Origin: Candidatus Methanophagales archaeon
GTDB taxonomy: Archaea; Halobacteriota; Syntropharchaeia; Alkanophagales; Methanospirareceae
Direction: 5' to 3'
NCBI GenBank assembly: GCA_017883965.1
Contig: JAFNKG010000006.1
Coordinates: 1 to 63,679 of the forward strand
Length of the DNA: 63,679 nucleotides
Below, in pieces: positions 20,352-27,526 of the stretch (within the stretch, counting starts at the first letter, position 1; every line of letters begins with the position of its first letter). The notes under the pieces were generated by a model. It did no database searches. It saw only the letters and a program-made list of their open reading frames with translations, and was not told the DNA's origin. The position numbers were made by a program, and so were the translations under genes.

Positions 20352-21113
20352 TCAGTCATTCTTCTTTGGTTTTGTGGTTATTTTTTTCTTTCCTTTCTTG
20401 GTCTTCTTGGGACTCGGGGATTGGGATTTAGTTTGGATTTGAGAGTGTTTGACAGCGGGATTTTTTAAAGAGCGGTGGTCGTTGCACACTTCCTTTAGAA
20501 GCCCGAACAGTTCCTGGTGTTCTCCGGTGAGAATCCTGTCTAATTCGCACAGTGCGATGATGCAGTGCTTCGTTTCTATGTGCCCCTTCTCAGGGCTTAA
20601 AACGGTGTCCGGGAGTTCCGCAACTTTTAAAATTGTATCCTTCATCTCTTTTGGTATACGACCGGTCAGTGCATACAATTCGACGATCTGATTTAACTTC
20701 GCCATTCCGATGAGATTGAGTGCGCTGTCCATCCATTGTATAAGTTGTGCAAGCGTAACCGTGTCAACTATTTCATTTTCATTTCCGATCCCGATCCCAG
20801 CTCCGACTCCAAATCCATTCAGCTCTGATTCTGATACCGCCGAATTGTGAATTAGCGGTTTTTTTGACTGCGATTGTGCTTCTGTTCCTGTTCCTGTTTC
20901 TGTCAACTTCTCAATAGCATCTTCCAAATTTCGCAGCCTCCCTACCTCTACATTACCCATTTCCTTTAATTGTTTCATAGCCACCTCCAATTTTTTTATT
21001 CTTTCCTCATCTATTCCATTACCTCCACCCCGTTCCTTTAATTGTTTCACAGCCTTCTTCGGATTTTTTACTCTCTCTTCGTCAACGCCACCACCGTTCA
21101 TTCGCCGCATCAT
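20352..21113 (-). CDS. Archaellum accessory FlaD/FlaE (ArlD/E)-like protein
   Basis: LIQWMD...IG...LNQIVELY...GRI resembles the FlaD/E C-terminal domain; repeated coiled-coil N-terminus. Confidence 0.6.
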   Translation of the reverse strand: MMRRMNGGGVDEERVKNPKKAVKQLKERGGGNGIDEERIKKLEVAMKQLKEMGNVEVGRLRNLEDAIEKLTETGTGTEAQSQSKKPLIHNSAVSESELNGFGVGAGIGIGNENEIVDTVTLAQLIQWMDSALNLIGMAKLNQIVELYALTGRIPKEMKDTILKVAELPDTVLSPEKGHIETKHCIIALCELDRILTGEHQELFGLLKEVCNDHRSLKNPAVKHSQIQTKSQSPSPKKTKKGKKKITTKPKKND

Positions 21114-21304
21114 TTTTTATTTATCATTCCTTTATATTTTTAACTAATCTCTTTAACTTAATTTACATAGAGGCTATATAAATTTTCCGAATATTTAAAT
21201 TTTTCTTTAGCATATTTGAAAGAAAAATGTCGAATAGTGATTATTTATGTCTTCTCGATACTCGGTAAAAGACTCCACAAGTTCAAAAGCCATCCTTTGT
21301 CATC

Positions 21305-22744
21305 TCACCGCTCTCCGCGTTCCCGGCGGTAAACAAATACTGATTTTTCACCCCTATGTATGTTATTATGCGAGCAAAAGGGCACTATTCTACCATCTGA
21401 CAAACCATAGTGTATCACACATTTCCTTAAACGAGCAAAATCGAAATTGTATGTGTCCATGAAATGCATTGAGCCAATAAATAGAAGGTTGAAATGGAGG
21501 TCGCTTAAGTCCCGGTAATCGTGGCTTTTTACGAACTCGATAAAAAACTCTTTTAAAAAACCTGGACGGATACTTCTTAAAGCCGTAAAAACAGGTATCT
21601 TTTTCTTTTTTTTATATGCCGCTGCCAATCTTTCCAGATTCACGTATTTCGTTATCGGCTCTACTTTTTCTTCTGCTTTTCCGTTTTTCTCGACTACGAG
21701 ATAAGAAAAAGCGCCACAGGAAAAATGACAGCCCACTTCCGATTTGCCTAAAGTTCCAAGTAGCACGCTCATCTGCGAAGGGGGCAAGAAATCATCTCTA
21801 CGAAGAAAACCTGTTTGTTCTTCTATTTTACTAATGACATCAGAAACCGTTATCCTTTCATTTTCGGTATATGATGTCCTACCGCAGAAGGAAATAGGCT
21901 GGAAATTTACGCCTCGTATGATATCACTATTCTCTATTGCAAATTTTATAATAGCACCGATTTGGTAGTCGTTCACGCCTTTTACGATGGTAGGCACGAG
22001 AACGATAGCAGGGTTGGGTCCCGCATTTCGATGGTTTTCTATCGCTTTTTTCTTTACTTCGAGCAGTTTTCGACCTCTTAGCTTCTCGTAGGGCTCTTCT
22101 GTTACACCATCGAATTGAAGGTAAATAACACTTGTGCCTGCGGATTCTATCTCTTTGCAATATTCCTCGCTCTCTGCCATTTTTATACCGTTGGTATTTA
22201 CTTCCACGTGCTCAAACTTTTTTCTCGCATACGAAATAAGTTCAGGGAGGTCGTTCCTCAGCGTGGGCTCGCCGCCACTGAATTGAAGCCCCGCGGCATT
22301 TGTATTCGATGCGAAGTTGTCTATAATCGCTTTTAGTTCTTCTATTTCAGCGTCTTTTTCATGTCCACTGCCATTTCCTTTATCATTACTTTTTGCAAAG
22401 CAGGTAGGACATCTCAGGTTGCATCTCATCGTTACGTCTATGACTCCTAAAACAGTGGATGATTCATGCTGTGGGCACAACCCGCAAGCAAAGGGGCATT
22501 CTCCATTATTTTCCTTTATTCCTCTTCTTCCTGCTACTTCGATGTCTTTCGCTTCAAATAGTCTGTAAAGTTGATAATCCGACCAACATAGGTCTTTAAA
22601 AGTGCCGTGTTCCGCACAGCTCTTCTCCATATAAACTGCTCCGTTCTCTTCATACAGCCTCGCATCTATGATGCAGTAGCATACCGGGCAGATGCTTTTC
22701 GTGGCTCGGATGGGTGTAGGTGCGGATACAGGTACGGATTTCAT
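21305..22744 (-). CDS. Radical SAM enzyme, MJ0619/Tes (tetraether lipid synthase)-like
   Basis: SICPVC...CAEHG, CPFACGLC..H, CNLRCPTCFA, MHFMD.YNFD...CVIHY...PFC. Confidence 0.8.
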   Translation of the reverse strand: MKSVPVSAPTPIRATKSICPVCYCIIDARLYEENGAVYMEKSCAEHGTFKDLCWSDYQLYRLFEAKDIEVAGRRGIKENNGECPFACGLCPQHESSTVLGVIDVTMRCNLRCPTCFAKSNDKGNGSGHEKDAEIEELKAIIDNFASNTNAAGLQFSGGEPTLRNDLPELISYARKKFEHVEVNTNGIKMAESEEYCKEIESAGTSVIYLQFDGVTEEPYEKLRGRKLLEVKKKAIENHRNAGPNPAIVLVPTIVKGVNDYQIGAIIKFAIENSDIIRGVNFQPISFCGRTSYTENERITVSDVISKIEEQTGFLRRDDFLPPSQMSVLLGTLGKSEVGCHFSCGAFSYLVVEKNGKAEEKVEPITKYVNLERLAAAYKKKKKIPVFTALRSIRPGFLKEFFIEFVKSHDYRDLSDLHFNLLFIGSMHFMDTYNFDFARLRKCVIHYGLSDGRIVPFCSHNNIHRGEKSVFVYRRERGER

Positions 22745-22826
22745 TTTTTGTTATGTATCTTTTTAATATCTGAGGAATGATATAATAATAACGGGATATT
22801 GAAGTTAGTAAATTCATTGAAATTGA

Positions 22827-23591
22827 ATGAAGTATGAAGTAATGGAAAAATTGAAAATAGTGCTGGAAAGATTGAAAGAGTATCAGCCAGAGAGAATTAT
22901 CCTTTTTGGCTCTTATGCCAGAGGTGAAGCCGATGAATACAGCGATTTGGATTTCGTAGTTATCAAAAAGACGGGTAAAAGATTTTTAGAAAGGTTGATA
23001 GAGGTAGCAAAACTTATAGACGATGATTTGGGAAATGTGGATGTTTTCGTTTATACGCCGGAGGAATTCGAGAGGATGATTGACTGGGAAAATCCATTTA
23101 TTGAACGAGTGCTGAAAGAAGGGAGGGTTTTATATGAAAAGTCATGGGCTCCGCCCATGTCCCCGCAAGCCCTGAAAGGGCTTAGTAAAGAAGAGGCAAA
23201 TCGCTGGTTAGAACAGGCAAAGTATGATTTTGAATCTGCTAAAAGAATGTATGAGCAAAAAGATTACTCCGATGCCTGTTTCTTCTCTGAACAGGCGGGA
23301 CAAAAAGCATTAAAAGCCTACCTTTATTTTAAAGGTGAGCGATATGTTTGGGAACATTCAATATTTAAACTTGCCATCAGATGCAAAAATTATGAGAGTG
23401 AGTTTGAACAAATCATTGACTGCGGGAAGATTCTGGACCGGTATTACCTTACCACAAGATACCCGGATGCAATTGCACCCCCGGCAATACCCTACGAATC
23501 GTTTACTGAGAAAGACGCCGCAGAAGCAATAAGTTATGCACAAAAAATCCTGGAAATGGTGAAAAATAGATTGACCGAAAGGGAAAAATGA
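22827..23591 (+). CDS. MNT nucleotidyltransferase-HEPN fusion (fused by repeat insertion)
   Basis: LFGSYARG...SDLD; then HEPN FFSEQAGQKALKA...YLTTRYPD; linker encoded by the 44-bp repeat. Confidence 0.88.
   Translation: MKYEVMEKLKIVLERLKEYQPERIILFGSYARGEADEYSDLDFVVIKKTGKRFLERLIEVAKLIDDDLGNVDVFVYTPEEFERMIDWENPFIERVLKEGRVLYEKSWAPPMSPQALKGLSKEEANRWLEQAKYDFESAKRMYEQKDYSDACFFSEQAGQKALKAYLYFKGERYVWEHSIFKLAIRCKNYESEFEQIIDCGKILDRYYLTTRYPDAIAPPAIPYESFTEKDAAEAISYAQKILEMVKNRLTEREK
23141..23184 (+). repeat. 44-bp double-hairpin REP-like element (GGGCTCCGCCC...AAGCCCTGAAAGGGCTT)
   Basis: Identical in reverse complement to 59657-59700; variants at 24476, 26506, 30541, 47826, 49967. Confidence 0.9.
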
Positions 23592-23746
23592 TGGTTACAC
23601 GAGAAGAAATCGAAGCACGCATTGATTCAGTTGAAATTCTTAGTAATCCAAAAACGATGGAAGCACTCCATAAAAGCGACATGGATATTAAAGCAGGTAG
23701 GGTTAAGGAAGTTACTTCTGTTGAAGAGTTGCTTGATGAGCTGTGA
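23588..23746 (+). CDS. Small antitoxin (RelB/Phd-like), 52 aa
   Basis: Hand translation ...EILSNPKTMEALHKSDMDIKAGRVKEVTSVEELLDEL. Confidence 0.7.
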   Translation: MMVTREEIEARIDSVEILSNPKTMEALHKSDMDIKAGRVKEVTSVEELLDEL

Positions 23747-23748
23747 AC

Positions 23749-23800
23749 ATGACCTGGGTAGTAAAGCGAACAGACACTTTTCTGACATCTCTCAAAATCT
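23749..23800 (+). pseudogene. RelE/YafQ-like toxin N-terminal stub
   Basis: MTWVVKRTDTFLTSLK directly after the antitoxin, then cut by a repeat element. Confidence 0.5.
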
Positions 23801-23887
23801 ACCGCCGAGATCACGGAGAGCGCTGAGATGAGATAAATGATTTTTCTGACTCTCTGTGTTCTCTGCGGGCTCAGCGGTAAACAAGTA
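23800..23887. repeat. ~100-bp palindromic MITE-like element (TTGTTTACCGC...GCGGTAAACAA)
   Basis: Inverted copy at 39152-39251; partial copy at 21301-21340. Confidence 0.8.
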
Positions 23888-23895
23888 CAACACCC

Positions 23896-25725
23896 TCACA
23901 AATAATAATACTTCCCCTTCTCCTTCTGTTCACGGTCTTTTGCCGAACCTATCTTATTTATCCGTGGGCGAAGAGAGCTTTCATCACGCCTGAACGTTAC
24001 GCTTAAATCCTTCAAAAACAAATCCATTCCCTCTCGCATCTCAAAGCAACCTTTTATCTCTCCTCGCACACCCGGTTCACCATCGAAAACCATCAACCTG
24101 TCGCTTAACAAATCTATCAAATATATGTCATGGTCCACAATCAACATTGACACGCCTCTTCGCTCCGCATACCGCCTGACTGTCTTTATCAACCGCACCT
24201 TCTGCTCCACATCAAGATGCGCTGACGGCTCGTCCAGCATATATAATGATGCATCATGGCAAAGACACGCAGCTATCGCCACGCTTTGTAATTCACCACC
24301 ACTGAGCTCTTTTATGTTCTTTTCCTCTATCTCGGATATTCCCAACGGATGTAGCACATCAATAACATCGGCTTCGCTTGACTCTTCTTTTAGCGAATAA
24401 ATGAAGTCCTTCACCTTCATATCCAGCTCGCCTTTTATATATTGCGGCTTGTAAGAAACGCTAATATCAAACGACTGTGGGGCTCCGCCCCACGACCCCG
24501 CAAGCCCTGTAAGGGCTTTTTTCCCGATTGTCGGCTCTGTCTCGCCTGCCAATACTTTCACAAACGTGCTTTTACCAATGGCATTTTTCCCTACTATGCC
24601 CAATACTTCTCCCTCCTCTATACTGCCCGGCTTCGCCTCCAATACAAATCCATCTCCGCCATATTTCTTCTCAAATCCATCGTATTCGATGAAAACACTT
24701 CTTTCTTCTCGCTTCTCCCTCGGTGGATGAGCGCTGAATTCTATTGGCTTATCTCTTATCCGAACGTTCTCCGCTTGCAAGAATCCACTCAAATATTCGT
24801 TTATGCCTCTATTCGTGCTCTTTGGCATTGTAACAACGCCATACCCACCGGGTTCACCATATAGTTGATGCACGTAATCAGCAAGCATGTCAAGGATAGC
24901 GAGGTCGTGTTCCACCACAACCACTGCTTTTGCTTTATCCTTCAAAACATCCTTTATTCCTTTTGCCACTTTCACTCGTTGATAAATGTCCAGATAAGGC
25001 GTTATCTCGTCAAAGAAGTAGAAATCGGCATCTCTTATCATAGAACCTATTACCGCAACCCTTTGCAGTTCGCCACCACTTAGCTCCTTTATATCATTCT
25101 GCATCGCTTCTTCGAGCTCAAAAGCCCTCACGAGCTGTTTTGATACTCCTGTCTCGTCTGTGCTTTCCAGTAACTCGTAAACTTTGCCATCGAAGAATTC
25201 AGGAATTGCATCCACGTATTGCGGCTTATATGCCACCTTAATTTTTCCTTTTGACAGTTTATCGAAGTAATTTTGTAACGTGGACCCTGCATATTTCTTT
25301 ATTATCTCATCCCAACTCGCCTTTGCTTCCGCTTCCACTTCTACTTTGCCCATGTTTGGCACTTGCAACCCGGATAATATTTTAATTGCAGTGCTCTTCC
25401 CTATCCCATTCTCGCCTATCATCCCTGTTATCTTCCCTGCTTTTGGAATGGGCATACCATAAAGAACGAACCCGTTTTCACCATATCTGTGCGTCTCTTC
25501 ACCCTTCAGCTCCTCCGGCAAGCCTATTATAGAAATGGCAGTGAAGGGGCATTTTTTTATGCATATCCCGCATCCCTCACACAATTCTTCAGATATTACC
25601 GGCTTGCCATCGCCACCCTGGACTACCGTCTCCGCCCCTGTTTGCACCATCGGGCAGTATTTTATGCATTCATACTCGCATTTCCTCGGCTGGCACTTAT
25701 TCCTCTTCAGTATCGCTATCCGCAT
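23896..25725 (-). CDS. rli1: Ribosome recycling ATPase RLI/ABCE1
   Basis: N-terminal 2x[4Fe-4S], two ABC domains (LSGGELQ), DREQKEKGKYYY C-terminus. Confidence 0.97.
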   Translation of the reverse strand: MRIAILKRNKCQPRKCEYECIKYCPMVQTGAETVVQGGDGKPVISEELCEGCGICIKKCPFTAISIIGLPEELKGEETHRYGENGFVLYGMPIPKAGKITGMIGENGIGKSTAIKILSGLQVPNMGKVEVEAEAKASWDEIIKKYAGSTLQNYFDKLSKGKIKVAYKPQYVDAIPEFFDGKVYELLESTDETGVSKQLVRAFELEEAMQNDIKELSGGELQRVAVIGSMIRDADFYFFDEITPYLDIYQRVKVAKGIKDVLKDKAKAVVVVEHDLAILDMLADYVHQLYGEPGGYGVVTMPKSTNRGINEYLSGFLQAENVRIRDKPIEFSAHPPREKREERSVFIEYDGFEKKYGGDGFVLEAKPGSIEEGEVLGIVGKNAIGKSTFVKVLAGETEPTIGKKALTGLAGSWGGAPQSFDISVSYKPQYIKGELDMKVKDFIYSLKEESSEADVIDVLHPLGISEIEEKNIKELSGGELQSVAIAACLCHDASLYMLDEPSAHLDVEQKVRLIKTVRRYAERRGVSMLIVDHDIYLIDLLSDRLMVFDGEPGVRGEIKGCFEMREGMDLFLKDLSVTFRRDESSLRPRINKIGSAKDREQKEKGKYYYL

Positions 25726-25885
25726 TTTACAATTTTTCCTATATTTTCATCTTCAGGTATCGAAAATCTTATTTTATTTGGAAAAAGTATATAAAATCTC
25801 TCATAACTTTAATGTATAGCGAGAATAGAAAATAAAAAAATAAAAGTGGAAGGTTAAAAGTGCAAAGGAGGGAAATGGAAGAAAA

Positions 25886-26440
25886 ATGGAACTCGAAAAG
25901 AAAGCATATCCGAAATTGCTCGTTCGACCGGTGGTGGTTATTACGACAATATCGGAGAGAGGGATACCAAATGCAGCGCCTTTCAGTTTTGATTCACCCA
26001 TAAGCTTTGAACCGTCTCTATATGGGTTCTCGTGCAATCCTGCACACGATACATGGAAGAACATCCAGAAGAATAGCGAGTTCGTGGTGAACGTAGTAGG
26101 AAAAGACCTTGGCGAGCTAATGCATGTTCTGGAAACGGATTATCCGTATGAAGAGAACGAGCTCGAGCATGCGGGGCTAACGGAAGAAAAAGCAAGGGCT
26201 GTGAAGCCGCCTCGTATAAAAGAAGCAATCGCGTGGATAGAATGCAAGCTCGAAAAACATGTTGAATTAGGCGACCATGTTTGGATAACGGGAAGAGTAT
26301 TGGCAGTAGCAGTGAAAGACGAGTTCTGGAAGGAAGCAGGAGTGATAGACGTGGAGAAAGCGAGACCGTTATGTCATATATCCGGTGAATCCTTTGCCGT
26401 GGATATGAAAGAAGCGAAGTATAAAAGGGCGAAATCTTAG
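25886..26440 (+). CDS. Flavin reductase-like protein
   Basis: PVVVITT...NAAPFS...ECKL...GDH. Confidence 0.9.
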   Translation: MELEKKAYPKLLVRPVVVITTISERGIPNAAPFSFDSPISFEPSLYGFSCNPAHDTWKNIQKNSEFVVNVVGKDLGELMHVLETDYPYEENELEHAGLTEEKARAVKPPRIKEAIAWIECKLEKHVELGDHVWITGRVLAVAVKDEFWKEAGVIDVEKARPLCHISGESFAVDMKEAKYKRAKS

Positions 26441-26639
26441 ATAAGTAACCCGCCAAAAGCTTTGTCCTCCACCAAATCACAAGCTCTAAGCACTAAATTC
26501 CAAACTGTGGGGCTCTGCCCCATGTAGGGGCTCTTTGCCCCTACCACCCCGAAAACCCTGTAAGGGTTTACCTGCAAGCCCTGAAAGGGCTTAATTTGGC
26601 GTTGACGCTTGGGATTTGGAATTTTTTAAGACAGGATTT

Positions 26640-27437
26640 TTAGGAGCTACTTATCACCGTGCCGAATAAGGTCTCGTCCACTAAGAATTTATAAACATTT
26701 GATTCTTTTGATGCGTTAAAAAGAATAGAAGGAGTATTACTCTCGGATGCGAGCTTTGCCAATAAATAAACTTTCTCTTTCATACCCCCGGTTACGTCCA
26801 CATGCGCAGATCCGCCAATACTCATTTTTTCCAGATCTTCAGGCGTTATTTTTCTTATTACTGCCCCATTATCGTTCACAACGCCGTCCATGTCAGTGCC
26901 CACGCCGACTTTTATCGCTTTGAATTCCTTCGCTATATACACCACCAGTTGGTCGCCGCTTATTATACGAAAACCCTCCTTTTCATCAAAGATGACATCT
27001 CCATGCAAAACCGGAATTATTCCCATCTTTAATGCCTTGTCTATTTGCTCCTTTATTTTATACTTTATTTCGAGCCCTTTTGATACTACTGCGCTTAGAG
27101 GATGTATTGGCATCGCATTCACTCCGCATTCCGTTAGCGATGATATTACCATTTTGTTCAGCTCTTTCACTGACTCGTGCGTGATTAAAGCGTCCTTTGC
27201 ATCACGACTTTCCAGATACACCTTCGCTTGTGGATGCCCGAAAGAGCCAGCACCGTGCACCAGTATCAACTTTTTTCCGGCTCTGGCAGTGGCAGTGGAG
27301 AGAGTGAGAGCGATTTCTTCTGATATTCGCCTTATTTCTTCCTTTCGAACTCTTCTTTCCGCACCCTTTTCTGTTATTACACTACCACCTATTTTCAGCA
27401 CGTATATCCCAGCCACATCATCAGGATATTCTTTCAT
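26640..27437 (-). CDS. ipk: Isopentenyl phosphate kinase
   Basis: LKIGGSVIT, VHGAGSFGH, PVLHGD, SGD, DVTGGM. Confidence 0.92.
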   Translation of the reverse strand: MKEYPDDVAGIYVLKIGGSVITEKGAERRVRKEEIRRISEEIALTLSTATARAGKKLILVHGAGSFGHPQAKVYLESRDAKDALITHESVKELNKMVISSLTECGVNAMPIHPLSAVVSKGLEIKYKIKEQIDKALKMGIIPVLHGDVIFDEKEGFRIISGDQLVVYIAKEFKAIKVGVGTDMDGVVNDNGAVIRKITPEDLEKMSIGGSAHVDVTGGMKEKVYLLAKLASESNTPSILFNASKESNVYKFLVDETLFGTVISSS

Positions 27438-27526
27438 GGATTAATCTAAGAGAAAAAAGCGATAAATATTTATGCTTTCAGTTTATATCCTCCGTTTGTT
27501 GATAGCAAAAGGAGGAGAAGGGGAAA

